This document shows positions 50,144 to 60,480 of a stretch of DNA of 64,000 bases, one piece after another. The stretch is from a bacterium (GTDB taxonomy: Bacteria > SAR324 > NAC60-12), in the NCBI GenBank assembly GCA_965233585.1, contig CBDDTI010000295.1:64001-128000 (forward strand). The letters run 5' to 3'. Numbering within the stretch: position 1 is the first letter of the stretch; every line of letters begins with the position of its first letter. The notes under the pieces are model-generated. The model did not search any database. It was given only the letters and a program-made list of their open reading frames with translations, and was not told the DNA's origin. Made by a program: the position numbers and the translations under genes.

Positions 50144-53100
50144 CTTCTCCTTCTCATCAACCAACCCAAGCAGAACAACAGGCGATTGAACTTGCCCAAA
50201 AATGGCTGGAAAACTGTCACAAATTGGCTCATCGTCAAGAAAAGCAAGAACAAAATAAATTTGCCAAATTGGTTTCTGACCCCAAAGGTAAGTATGTCCT
50301 GACTCACTTGCTAGACCGTGCCTTCCGCTCTACTACGCCTGCTCGGATTGTAGAACAAACACAGTATCTTTTCGCAAGAGACAACTTGCCACAGTTTTTG
50401 AAGTTTTGGGAGAAGGGGTTGATTCACTTGCTCCAAACATTTGGCTCATTCCTGCCTCAACTGACAGCTTTTTCATTGACACAAAAAATCAAGTGGGACG
50501 TCAAACGGGTGATTTTGTCTGGTGAAGAACCTGCTTTGAGCAAACATCTTGCCAAACGTTATCAAGACGGTGTCTCTATGAACCTCAACATTTTAGGTGA
50601 GATGGTTTTGGGAGAAAAAGAAGCACAGAATCGTTTGAATGCTTTTTTAAAAGCACTGGAACGTCCCGATGTAGATTACATTTCTATCAAAATTTCTGGA
50701 ATCTTTTCCCAAATCCACCCCCTAGGATATGAACAATCCAAAGAGGCACTCAAGCAACGACTTGCACAACTTTATCGTCAGGCACAAAACTATCCTTCGC
50801 AACGGACAGGCAAGGCAAAGTTTATCAATTTGGACATGGAAGAATACCGTGACACTGAATTGACGATTGATGTCTTCAAAGAAACTTTGGAACAAGAAGA
50901 ATTTCACCAACTGCATGCTGGGATTGTGTTACAAGCCTATTTACCTGATTCGTGGCATTATCAAAAAGACCTGATAGCGTGGTCTAAGAAACGTCTCATC
51001 AACGGAGGCACTCCCATTAAAATTCGTTTGGTGAAGGGGGCAAACTTACAGATGGAGGCAGTGGAATCTGCCATACACGGTTGGGAATGCCCTGTCGTCA
51101 GAAGCAAGGTGCAAGCTGATGCCAATTATAAACGTATGCTAGAGACAGGGATTCGCCAAGAAAACATTCAAGCCGCTCATCTAGGCGTTGCCTCGCATAA
51201 TCTGTTTGACCTCGCTTATGCTGCTGTCCTTGCTGAAGAAGGACAAGTTTGGGAACATTTTACTTTTGAAATGCTAGAAGGCATGGCAGAGTCCCTCTGG
51301 AGGACTTTGCATGCAGAGTCTAAACCCGTTTTGCTTTACGTCCCTGTTGCAGAACCCCAACACTTTTTAAACGCTGTCGCTTACCTTGTGAGAAGACTTG
51401 ATGAAAATACTGCACCTGATAATTTTTTAGCTCACTCTTTTGGTCTTTCCTGTCCCAGTCCAGAATGGGATTTTCTCAAACAACAATTTTTAGACTCTTG
51501 CCAAATCAAGCACACGCTGACAGACCAGCCTTATCGCACACAACACAGAACACTAGAAGCAGGCAGTGTGACGCCTCATCATCAACCTTTTCAAAATGAA
51601 CCAGACACCGATTGGCATCTTCCCCAAAATCGGCTTTGGGCTGAAGCAATTCGTCAAAGATGGCAAAACCACAAGCTCATTGAAGTCCCTGTCCAGATTG
51701 GCTCAAAGCAACTTCAAAGCAACGAATATCAAGACTTCTACGACCCTAACACTAACGACAAACGACACGTCTATCGCATCTCTCTTTCTGATGAGCAGAA
51801 TGTCCTTGAGGCATTGAAAGTTGCTGAAAATGACCCAAGTGAGTGGAGTCAAACCACAACAGAACACCGTTGCCAAATTTTAAGCCGTGTTGCCCAAGGG
51901 TTCCGCAAGAAACGAGGGGATATGATTGGGTGCATGGCAGCAGTGACAGGAAAAGTTTTTTTGGAATCTGACCCCGAAATTTCAGAAGCGATTGATTTTG
52001 CAGAATACTATCCAAGGACGTTCAAAGATTTTGAAGACACTCTGCCACATCTCAAATTTTCTCCCAAAGGTGTGATTTTAGTCATTGCCCCTTGGAACTT
52101 TCCAATGGCAATCCCTGCTGGCGGAGTCTTAGCCGCTTTGACTTGTGGCAATCGTGTGTTACTGAAGCCTGCCCCGGAAGCCTTTCCCATTGCGTGGGAA
52201 TTTGCACAATGCTTTTGGCAGGCAGGAGTTCCCAAAGAAGCCTTTCAACTTGTCTGTTGCGAGGAAGGCAAGGTACTGGATACACTGGTTGGTCATTCCA
52301 GCATCAAACATCTCATTTTGACTGGTGGGACTGAAACAGCTTTAAAAATTCTAAAAAGACGCCCTGACATTCCTTTGTCTGCTGAAACAGGAGGCAAGAA
52401 TGCGACCATCATTTCTGCAACTGCTGACTTAGACCAAGCCGTGAAAGATGTGGTTCATTCTGCATTTTCTAATGCAGGTCAAAAATGTTCTTGCACTTCT
52501 TTGCTTGTGGTAGAAAAAGATGTCTTTGACGAACCTCAATTTGCAGAAAAGCTCAAAGATGCCGCAGAAAGTTTTAAAATAGGGTCTGCATGGGATTTGT
52601 CATCTGACGCAGGTCCAATGATCCAAATGCCAAATGCTCTACAAAAACGGGGTTTTGAAGAATTGACTCAAGGAGAACAGTGGCTTGTGAAAGCAAGATC
52701 ATTGAATCCTAAAATTTGGTCTCCTGCAGTGCGTTGGAACACGCCTCCTCAATCTTTTGCTCATCAATTTGAATTTTTTGCACCCATCTTGTCTGTCATG
52801 CGTGCTGAAAGTCTGCAACATGCCATAGAACTTGCCAATGCCACAGAATACGGACTCACCTCAGGCTTACAAAGTCTTGACGAACGAGAGCAAGAAGAAT
52901 GGAAGAAACGCATTCAAGCAGGCAATCTGTATATCAACAGAGGCACAACTGGTGCAATTGTACGAAGGCAACCTTTTGGAGGTCTGAAAAAGTCTGCCAT
53001 GGGTCAAGGAACTAAAGCAGGGGGTCCAAACTACGTCTTACAATTCTGCAATGTTGAAAGAATTGGCAAAATTGAAGAAAAGGACAGTCAAACTCATTCT

Positions 53101-53685
53101 GTCAAAACACAAAATGCTTTGAAATCTGTACCAGCTTTGCTCAAAAATATTGAAAAGGAATCACATCTTTTACACTCGGTCAAAGAGTTTGCATGGCAAT
53201 ATCAATCTTGTTTTGAAAAGCATTTTTCCGGTGAGGTAGATTTTTCTCATGTTTTAGGACAACATAACGTATTCCGCTATCTTCCTGCAGGTTTAGTGAG
53301 CCTGAGAATTGGAGAACATGCCAACCAAGAAGAAGTCTTGCTCACCATACTTGCAGCGCATTTGACTCATAATTCTGTGCAGGTCAGCATGAGTTCAAAA
53401 AGTCCAGCGAAAGAAAAAATTAAAGAAATTTGTAAGTTGTGCCGATATGATTGGAAAGAGGAAAAACTTGATGATGCCATCGGGCAAATCTCAAAAGCAC
53501 AACGGATTCGTGCGGTGGGTTGCACGCCTGATGAAATCAGTGCTTTGGCAAATGCTTTGGCTGAAGTTGGAAAACAAGTTTTTTCTGTTCCAAACACCCA
53601 AGAGGCAAGAATTGAAATGCTTTATTATCTACAAGAACAAAGTATCAGCGTCAATTATCACCGATACGGTTATTTGGGAATTTAA
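50140..53685 (+). CDS. putA: Bifunctional proline dehydrogenase / P5C dehydrogenase
   Basis: DMEEY, RLVKGA, YLVRRLDEN; ALDH motifs PWNFP, ETGGKN, GQKCS. Confidence 0.95.
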   Translation: MTSPSHQPTQAEQQAIELAQKWLENCHKLAHRQEKQEQNKFAKLVSDPKGKYVLTHLLDRAFRSTTPARIVEQTQYLFARDNLPQFLKFWEKGLIHLLQTFGSFLPQLTAFSLTQKIKWDVKRVILSGEEPALSKHLAKRYQDGVSMNLNILGEMVLGEKEAQNRLNAFLKALERPDVDYISIKISGIFSQIHPLGYEQSKEALKQRLAQLYRQAQNYPSQRTGKAKFINLDMEEYRDTELTIDVFKETLEQEEFHQLHAGIVLQAYLPDSWHYQKDLIAWSKKRLINGGTPIKIRLVKGANLQMEAVESAIHGWECPVVRSKVQADANYKRMLETGIRQENIQAAHLGVASHNLFDLAYAAVLAEEGQVWEHFTFEMLEGMAESLWRTLHAESKPVLLYVPVAEPQHFLNAVAYLVRRLDENTAPDNFLAHSFGLSCPSPEWDFLKQQFLDSCQIKHTLTDQPYRTQHRTLEAGSVTPHHQPFQNEPDTDWHLPQNRLWAEAIRQRWQNHKLIEVPVQIGSKQLQSNEYQDFYDPNTNDKRHVYRISLSDEQNVLEALKVAENDPSEWSQTTTEHRCQILSRVAQGFRKKRGDMIGCMAAVTGKVFLESDPEISEAIDFAEYYPRTFKDFEDTLPHLKFSPKGVILVIAPWNFPMAIPAGGVLAALTCGNRVLLKPAPEAFPIAWEFAQCFWQAGVPKEAFQLVCCEEGKVLDTLVGHSSIKHLILTGGTETALKILKRRPDIPLSAETGGKNATIISATADLDQAVKDVVHSAFSNAGQKCSCTSLLVVEKDVFDEPQFAEKLKDAAESFKIGSAWDLSSDAGPMIQMPNALQKRGFEELTQGEQWLVKARSLNPKIWSPAVRWNTPPQSFAHQFEFFAPILSVMRAESLQHAIELANATEYGLTSGLQSLDEREQEEWKKRIQAGNLYINRGTTGAIVRRQPFGGLKKSAMGQGTKAGGPNYVLQFCNVERIGKIEEKDSQTHSVKTQNALKSVPALLKNIEKESHLLHSVKEFAWQYQSCFEKHFSGEVDFSHVLGQHNVFRYLPAGLVSLRIGEHANQEEVLLTILAAHLTHNSVQVSMSSKSPAKEKIKEICKLCRYDWKEEKLDDAIGQISKAQRIRAVGCTPDEISALANALAEVGKQVFSVPNTQEARIEMLYYLQEQSISVNYHRYGYLGI

Positions 53686-53756
53686 AATCTTTTTCAAAGC
53701 ACACGTCTTTGTTTCAAGGGCATTAGATAAATTTCATAAAAATACATTTTACTAAA

Positions 53757-54503
53757 ATGCGTACTCTACTTTTTATGACTTTGTTTTGTTTGATTTTGTC
53801 TAGCATTCCAGATGATTTACAAGCAAGAAGAAGGCAGAAGCCCAAAAATATCAAAATCGGTTTGCAAAGGTGGGTCAATAACGTGACCTACAATTACCAA
53901 ACTCGTACAGATGAAGGCTTTTCTAACGGAGAACTGGAAGAAACTAATGTCTCTTCCAGTGGGGAGATGTCTGATACAGCATTGCTGATGGAATATGTGA
54001 TTGCAACTCGTGTTGGGGTAGAAGCAGGGGTGGGTCTCATTCCATCTGTGAGAGATTTTGAGCTGAAAACAGACCGCCAAACGATTGGAGACGTCAAACA
54101 AACACTAACACTTTCATACTATTTTGGACTTAATGCCTATTTTTCTGCATTCACTGGCAACGGATTCAAGCCATTTGCAGGGATAGGCATCAGCTCATTT
54201 CAAGTCAGTAGCGTCTATTCTAATGGTGGCAGAATCAATATAGATTTGTCCGCAGATGAAAGTGCCGAGGTAGTCAGTAACTTCCCTGAAAAACAAACGA
54301 TGTCAGCAGTCGTGCAAGGGCAATATCTTAAACTAGGTTTTGATTGGATGATTGATGCGGCAGGGCTAAGAGTGCAATATGTTTATTTGCAAGATGCAAA
54401 GACGACCACAGAACAAACTAAAAAAACATTGTTAGACCAAAAGCAACAAGAAACTATTCAATTGAATGGTGGAATCAACATTGGCATCTTTTTTGCCTTC
54501 TAG
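53757..54503 (+). CDS. Putative outer-membrane beta-barrel protein
   Basis: Signal peptide, alternating beta strands, C-terminal aromatic end (IGIFFAF). Confidence 0.6.
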   Translation: MRTLLFMTLFCLILSSIPDDLQARRRQKPKNIKIGLQRWVNNVTYNYQTRTDEGFSNGELEETNVSSSGEMSDTALLMEYVIATRVGVEAGVGLIPSVRDFELKTDRQTIGDVKQTLTLSYYFGLNAYFSAFTGNGFKPFAGIGISSFQVSSVYSNGGRINIDLSADESAEVVSNFPEKQTMSAVVQGQYLKLGFDWMIDAAGLRVQYVYLQDAKTTTEQTKKTLLDQKQQETIQLNGGINIGIFFAF

Positions 54504-54693
54504 CCTGACTGCTTCTTCAAATCATTCAAATTGCAAAGGTTGTCTCTTCATCACTGATGAAAAAATAAAACCGTCCATGAACCCAAAAAAGCGATTTTTT
54601 GGGATTTTGCTTGCGTTTTTGTCAAAAAACTGCGACAACTTCAATCTGGTTAAGAAAGAAATCTGATTAAGACACATTGACCTAGTAAACAAA

Positions 54694-55080
54694 ATGGACC
54701 AAACAGTTCACGGAATCATCTCACTAATTTGTATGGGGAACCGTCAAAACTATCGGATTGAATTGAGTGCATACCAATCATGGCAGATTGATGGAATGAC
54801 ATTGGAAGAACTCAATCTTTACTTTCCTGAGGTATTGGAAACCTGCCACAAAGAAGCATTTGACCACGGCAGACTTGATGATTTTATAGAACAACAAAGT
54901 GCTAATGACGTCAGAGTCATTTTTACAATCGTTCCTCACACAAAGCAAACGATGCAAAAACGACTGGAACATCATCGCAAAATGGTTGCAACCTTTGAAA
55001 GCTATCGCAACCTCCAACGCTACCTCAAAGCAACCTTCAAACACACTTCAATCCGAGCAGACAAATCGCTCAATACTTAA
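54694..55080 (+). CDS. Hypothetical protein
   Basis: 128 aa ORF filling the intergenic space; no recognisable motif. Confidence 0.55.
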   Translation: MDQTVHGIISLICMGNRQNYRIELSAYQSWQIDGMTLEELNLYFPEVLETCHKEAFDHGRLDDFIEQQSANDVRVIFTIVPHTKQTMQKRLEHHRKMVATFESYRNLQRYLKATFKHTSIRADKSLNT

Positions 55081-55158
55081 TCAGTCCGTTTGGAAGTTTG
55101 CCTGCCAAAACTGGTTTGAAAAGCCCCCGAACCCAGCATGCAACTGCTTTCAAAAAAC

Positions 55159-56580
55159 TTACATGTTTGGCAGTAACATATTGATAATAGGAATGGACAG
55201 TTGATTGGCTTGAGCCGCTGCTGCACTAGAGGCATTGGTTAGAATCTGGTACCTTGTAATGTCAGACAAGGTTTTGACAATGTCTGCATCACGCACTGTA
55301 GACTCTGCTGCCAACAAATTCTCTGCTGTAATTCGCAAAACTGCCACATTACTTTCCAGAGAATTTTTTTGAGTCGCACCCAAATCCCCCCTCATTTTTG
55401 AAACTTCAGTGATGGCTTTGTCAATCAAACGTATCGCATCGGACGCATTTTCTACAGTCTCTACTTCAATGTCAGAGAGACTTGAAAATAGACTGTCATT
55501 TTGCACCCCTCTGCCCAATGAACTGGTAGAGACACTATTGAGAGCCAGCCCAACTCTTTGATCCACATTCTGCCCCACCTGAAACTGCAAGGAGTTTTGA
55601 GAGACACTGACAGTGCCATTGAACCCCAAAACTGGCTCACGCACAAAGACAGAAAGCCCATCAGTAAAGCGATTCCCTTCTGCACCTGTGAGAGTCCGAC
55701 CTTTCCCAACTGCTGCCTCGCCATTAATTGTGCCTTGAATGTCTGACCCGTTGCGAATCTCTTCAGTCTGACCACCGATTAAGCCCAAAGTGTCTTCAGA
55801 GACAGTGATAGAAAAGCTATTGTCTTGACCATATTTTTTATGGAAGATGAAGAGTGACACGCCATCATATTCCACCTCTAAATTCAGACCTGCCCGTTCT
55901 ATTGAACTGGATAAGCGACTCACAAATAAATCAGGAGCCTCATCTTCTCGTCCAACTAAACGGATAGATTTACCCCCTTCATTGAGAGTCATCACTAATC
56001 CCTCAGGATCATCAGCAAATTGCCCAGAGATTTCAGAACGTGTGGCTGTTTCTATCACGTCTATTTCATAGCCCTCCACAGGTGAAGAACGTGTTTTGTC
56101 TGTTGCTCCCAAGAAGTCCACAAACTGATTAGAAGCCACGCCTGAAACACCATTGCTGCCATCAAGCAAGAATTTATTCCCAAAACGTGTGGTGTTGGCA
56201 ATTCTTTCAATGGTATCGAGCGCATTTCGGAGTTGATTTTGCAGAGAGGCTCTTGCAATTTCGTCATTTGAGGCTTCATTGGCAGCTGCCAATGAAAGTT
56301 GCCTTGCTTCAATGAGTAAATTATTGACCTCAGACAAAGCACCTTCTGCTGTTTGCACAACAGAAATAGAGATTTCAGAGTTTTTAATGGCTTGTTCCAC
56401 ACTTGCAATTTGCGCTCTCAAATTCTCTGAAATGATCAAGCCCGCAGGGTCATCTCCACCATGATTGATACGTTGCCCTGAAGACAATTTTTCTAATGAT
56501 TTGGAGAGTTCACTTTGAGTCCAAGACAAATGTCTTAAAGCATTCAAAGATTGTGTATTGTTTCGGATATTGATTGCCAT
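55159..56580 (-). CDS. Flagellin (divergent, probably minor)
   Basis: EKLSSGQRIN, QTAEGAL, QVGQN, AAESTVRDAD; atypical C-terminus. Confidence 0.93.
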   Translation of the reverse strand: MAINIRNNTQSLNALRHLSWTQSELSKSLEKLSSGQRINHGGDDPAGLIISENLRAQIASVEQAIKNSEISISVVQTAEGALSEVNNLLIEARQLSLAAANEASNDEIARASLQNQLRNALDTIERIANTTRFGNKFLLDGSNGVSGVASNQFVDFLGATDKTRSSPVEGYEIDVIETATRSEISGQFADDPEGLVMTLNEGGKSIRLVGREDEAPDLFVSRLSSSIERAGLNLEVEYDGVSLFIFHKKYGQDNSFSITVSEDTLGLIGGQTEEIRNGSDIQGTINGEAAVGKGRTLTGAEGNRFTDGLSVFVREPVLGFNGTVSVSQNSLQFQVGQNVDQRVGLALNSVSTSSLGRGVQNDSLFSSLSDIEVETVENASDAIRLIDKAITEVSKMRGDLGATQKNSLESNVAVLRITAENLLAAESTVRDADIVKTLSDITRYQILTNASSAAAAQANQLSIPIINMLLPNM

Positions 56581-56592
56581 GATGCCTCCAAA

Positions 56593-58080
56593 TTATTGAG
56601 ATGCTAAAAGCCCCAAAACGTTTTGGGGCATGGCATTGGCTTGTGCAAGCTGTGCAGTTGCCGCTTGTGTCAAAATTTGACTTCTTGTGAAGTTTGTCAA
56701 CTCTTGAGCCATGTCTGCATCACGCAAGACGGATTCTGCGGCAGTCAGATTCTCTGCTGCCACCCTGAGAGAGTAGATGTTACTTTCTAAGGTGTTGCGT
56801 TGAAATGCTCCAAGTAGCCCCCGATTTGCAGAGATTTCCTCAATCGCTTTATCTACAAGCCTGATGGAATCTTGGGCACCTTGACCCGTACGGACATCTA
56901 CATCAGCAAGAGAAGAAAACCCGCTGTTGTTGTTAATGTCTCTTGCAATTTGAGTAGAGCTTGTGTCAAGCATACTGACAGCAACCGTCTGTCCTTCGTT
57001 TGCACCTACCTGGAATTGGAGTGCATTTTGTTTGACACGCACCAGTCCGACCACCGAATTTTCAGGTGCAGAACCATTGACCCGCAATCTGAGACCATCA
57101 GTAGATCTGTTGCCTCTCTTGCCAATCATCACATCGCCATCGCCAATGGCAATTTCTCCATTGATGGTGCCGCGAATATCTGTTCCGTAGCTGACAACTT
57201 CCTCATTCTCAAGAGTCGTCCCTTGTTCTCCAAGGAAAATACCTGCTTCTGTGCTAGAGGCACTGAAACCTTTTTTGCTTCCATACTGATTATGAACAAC
57301 GCTAAAAGCCCCTGAGGCTGCCCCCCTTGGCACGTCATGCTCAATACTGATGTCAAGCCCTGCCCTTTCAATCGCAGCTGCCAGACCTTCTAGTGCTGTG
57401 CTGACAGAGTCTTGCTCAGTGGCTTTGTATTTGACAACTTTGCCCTCTGAACGGACAGAAAGCACGACACCATTTTCAATGGCATCTTGGGACAGAGTTC
57501 CATCTAAAGTGGCTCGTGTTGCATTTTCTGAGACAAAGACTTCATACCCTTGATCATCTCCGACCTTAGTTGCCGCAGATGCTTTGAGAAACTGCACGAC
57601 TTTTTTCCCATCAGCAGACAAGACTAAATCTTGGGTGCTTCCAGTGGTTGCACGACTTCCATCAAGCAAGCGACGTTGTCCAAACTGCGTGTTTTGTGCA
57701 ATTCGGTCAATCGCAGCAAGTGCATTTTCAATTTCTGCTTGGTCTGCCGCAAGTTGTGTCTCGTCATTGATTCCCTCGTTGGCAGCATGCACAGCTCGTT
57801 GCCGAATGTCAATTAAAAGACGATTGACTTCTGTCAATGCACCTTCTGCTGTTTGTACCAATGACACAGCAGCTTCGTTGTTATCCAAAGCCTGCGTCAA
57901 GCCCCCAATTTGGGCACGCATGTGTTCTGAAATGACTAGCGTCGCAGGTCCTTCTGCTGCTGAATTGACTTTGATCCCTGAAGATAAGCGTTGAAGTGTT
58001 CTTCCTAAATCTTGGTCGTTTTTTAACATCAAACGGTGTGCATTCATTGCATTGATGTTATGGTTAATTCTAACTCCCAT
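56593..58080 (-). CDS. Flagellin
   Basis: RLSSGIKVN, QTAEGAL, QVGANEGQ, AAESVLRDADMA. Confidence 0.95.
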   Translation of the reverse strand: MGVRINHNINAMNAHRLMLKNDQDLGRTLQRLSSGIKVNSAAEGPATLVISEHMRAQIGGLTQALDNNEAAVSLVQTAEGALTEVNRLLIDIRQRAVHAANEGINDETQLAADQAEIENALAAIDRIAQNTQFGQRRLLDGSRATTGSTQDLVLSADGKKVVQFLKASAATKVGDDQGYEVFVSENATRATLDGTLSQDAIENGVVLSVRSEGKVVKYKATEQDSVSTALEGLAAAIERAGLDISIEHDVPRGAASGAFSVVHNQYGSKKGFSASSTEAGIFLGEQGTTLENEEVVSYGTDIRGTINGEIAIGDGDVMIGKRGNRSTDGLRLRVNGSAPENSVVGLVRVKQNALQFQVGANEGQTVAVSMLDTSSTQIARDINNNSGFSSLADVDVRTGQGAQDSIRLVDKAIEEISANRGLLGAFQRNTLESNIYSLRVAAENLTAAESVLRDADMAQELTNFTRSQILTQAATAQLAQANAMPQNVLGLLASQ

Positions 58081-58112
58081 GATAACCTCGTTATAGTTTA
58101 AAGATTAAAAAA

Positions 58113-58150
58113 TGATTCCTCCATAGAACTACATTGATTCCCTCCATAGG
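58113..58150 (-). promoter_or_regulatory. Two putative CsrA sites upstream of flagellin 56593-58080
   Basis: CCTATGGAGG and TTCTATGGAGGAA, a repeated ATGGA-loop motif. Confidence 0.55.
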
Positions 58151-58215
58151 TTTAAAAAGAAGCCTATCAAACATAGACTTCTTCAAAAATTGAAAGTCTT
58201 TTTCAAGACAAAGAT

Positions 58216-59658
58216 TTATCCAAGTAAGGACAACACCATCTGGTCTTTGGTGTTTGCCTGTGCCAGCATAGCGGTTGCCGATTGCATCATAATCTGATTC
58301 TTGGTGAAGGTTGTCATCTCTTCTGCCATGTCTGTATCACGAATCACAGACTCTGCAGAGATTAGGTTTTCACTAGCCACACGCAGATTGTTGAGATTAC
58401 TTTGCAAGGTGTTTTTTTGGAATGCCCCAAGCTTTCCACGTTCTATGGTCGTTTCTTCTATCGCTTGGTCTATGATACTTAATGAATCCTGTGCAGAACG
58501 AAAGGACGTCACATCTACTTCTTCCAAAGATTTGATGTCACTGACGTTCTCCAGTCCTTTCCCCAATGCAGAAGGCGCCATGTTTCTTAACGACACAGCG
58601 ATCGTTTGACCTTCATTTGCACCAATTTGAAATTGCAATGAATTTTGAAACACTGACACAGTCCCTGCAATTTGGGCTTGTCCTTCTGAAATGGCTTCTC
58701 CGTTATAACGAACGGCAAGCCCTGCAATGTTGGGTGCATTGTCTTTGCCTGTTAAAATCTGCCCACGACCGACGGCATCTTCCCCGTTGATTGTGCCTTT
58801 GACGTCTGCTCCTCTCTCTGCTTCCTGTGTGACATTACCTATGTCAGACAACACACCCCCCGTCTCTGATGACACCGAAAAAGAGTTCTCACTCCCGTAT
58901 TCTTGATGCGTCAATGTGACACTTCCATTGTCATTCTTAGAGACCTCTATCTTCAGTCCTGCGGCTGCAATTTTAGATTTCAGTTCATTGATGTTGCTGT
59001 CCAGATTCTCTCCTGCAATGGTTGTGAAAGAGACAGTTTTACCCCCCTCACTGACAGTGAGAGTTTCCCCATCATCTATCAGCTGTTGAGTCAAAGCCAC
59101 ACTACCTGTGACAGAAGTCTTAGATGCCACTTGCGAAATCTCAACATCATAACCCTCTATGGGTGATGTGTTGGTGTTGGGTCCTGCAGAGACAAACTGC
59201 AGACCTTCTCCATTTGCCACTCCGTTTGCACCACGACTGCCATTGAGCAGTTGCTTTTTGCCAAATTGGGTGTTTTGGGCAATTCTTTCAATGGTAGCAA
59301 GGGCATTGTCTATCTCTGCTTGGTCTGCCTCAAGCATCTTTTCATCGTTCACACCTGTATTGCTGGCATGAATAGCAAGCTGACGAACATCTACAAGCAG
59401 CTTATTCACTTCTTGCAATGCTCCTTCTGCGGTTTGCACCATAGAAATCCCACTTTCAGAGTTGTCTATCGCTTGTTCAAGTCCTGCAATCTGCGCTCGC
59501 ATTTGCTCTGAAATCACAAGCGATGCAGGACCATCTGCGGCACGATTGATCTTCTCCCCAGATGAAAGTTTTTCTAGGGTTTTGGCTGAATTAAACGCAG
59601 CACTCCCTAATTGACGCTGCGTGTTGATGGCACTAATATTGTGTTTGATTCTAAACAT
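58216..59658 (-). CDS. Flagellin, near-identical group copy 1
   Basis: EKLSSGEKIN, QIGANEGQ, AESVIRDTDMAEEM; second ATG chosen for spacing from GGAGG. Confidence 0.95.
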   Translation of the reverse strand: MFRIKHNISAINTQRQLGSAAFNSAKTLEKLSSGEKINRAADGPASLVISEQMRAQIAGLEQAIDNSESGISMVQTAEGALQEVNKLLVDVRQLAIHASNTGVNDEKMLEADQAEIDNALATIERIAQNTQFGKKQLLNGSRGANGVANGEGLQFVSAGPNTNTSPIEGYDVEISQVASKTSVTGSVALTQQLIDDGETLTVSEGGKTVSFTTIAGENLDSNINELKSKIAAAGLKIEVSKNDNGSVTLTHQEYGSENSFSVSSETGGVLSDIGNVTQEAERGADVKGTINGEDAVGRGQILTGKDNAPNIAGLAVRYNGEAISEGQAQIAGTVSVFQNSLQFQIGANEGQTIAVSLRNMAPSALGKGLENVSDIKSLEEVDVTSFRSAQDSLSIIDQAIEETTIERGKLGAFQKNTLQSNLNNLRVASENLISAESVIRDTDMAEEMTTFTKNQIMMQSATAMLAQANTKDQMVLSLLG

Positions 59659-59661
59659 CAT

Positions 59662-59698
59662 AACCTCCTTGGTTTGATTGAAATGCTATCCATAGCAT
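59662..59698 (-). promoter_or_regulatory. Putative CsrA-binding hairpins in the flagellin 5' UTR
   Basis: ATGCT-ATGGAT-AGCAT stem-loop plus AACC-AAGGA-GGTT overlapping the SD. Confidence 0.75.
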
Positions 59699-59750
59699 AA
59701 AAAAACCCCTGATACATTCAAAGGCAACTTAAAAATTGTAAATTGTGAAT

Positions 59751-60432
59751 GGTTAAATCTATTTATCCGTTGTCATTAGACACTCCTCCCTGAATCTCTC
59801 ATCAAAAAACTAGAGACTCTTAAAAAATGCTCCTTCCTCTTCTCCAATCCTTTCCAGAGACAAAGAAGAAACTCAAAAAAAACAAAAATCCAAAAAACTC
59901 CTCACGTTCTGATGACTTTTGTCAAATCCGTTGATCCATTGTCAAAGACACGTCTCCCTGAATCTCTCATCAAAAAACTAGAGACTCCTAGAAAATGCTC
60001 CTTCCTCTTCTGCAATCCTTTCCAGATTGAAAGAAGAAGAAGCTCAACAAAACAAAAATCCAAAAAACTCCTCACGTTCTGACGACTTTTGTCAAATCCA
60101 TTTATCCGTTGTCATTAGACACTCCTCCCTGAATCTCTCATCAAAAAACTAGAGACTCCTAAAAAATGCTCATTCCTCTTCTCCAATCCTTTCCAGAGAC
60201 AAAGAAGAAACTCAAAAAAAACAAAAATCCCAAAAAACTCCTCACGTTCTGACGACTTTTTGTCAAATCCGTTGATCCATTGTCAAAGACACGTCTCCCT
60301 GAATCTCTTAATCAAAACATCACGGACTCCTAAAAACTGCGGTTCGCTCTCCAATCCTTGCCAGAAACAAAGAAGAAGAAACTCAACAAAACAAAAATTC
60401 CAAAAAACTCCTCACGTTCTGATGAATTTTTT
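59751..60432. repeat. Intergenic tandem array, 4 x ~170 bp
   Basis: Units start at about 59751, 59921, 60091 and 60262; core GTCAAATCC...TTGTCA..AGACAC..CTCCCTGAATCTCTCATCAAAA. Confidence 0.95.
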
Positions 60433-60480
60433 GTCAGCATCAAGCAAAGACTTCCTGCCTGATGCCAATTCAAAAATCCA

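Noticed and set aside
13969..58609. Many short antisense or overlapping ORFs within polA, rpoB, rpoC, putA and the flagellins
   Set aside because: Shadow ORFs of well-supported genes, with no motifs
59751..60432. Sigma28 promoter in each repeat unit (ACGGATAA resembles GCCGATAA)
   Set aside because: No TAAA-like -35 at the expected spacing; not supportable, though not excluded
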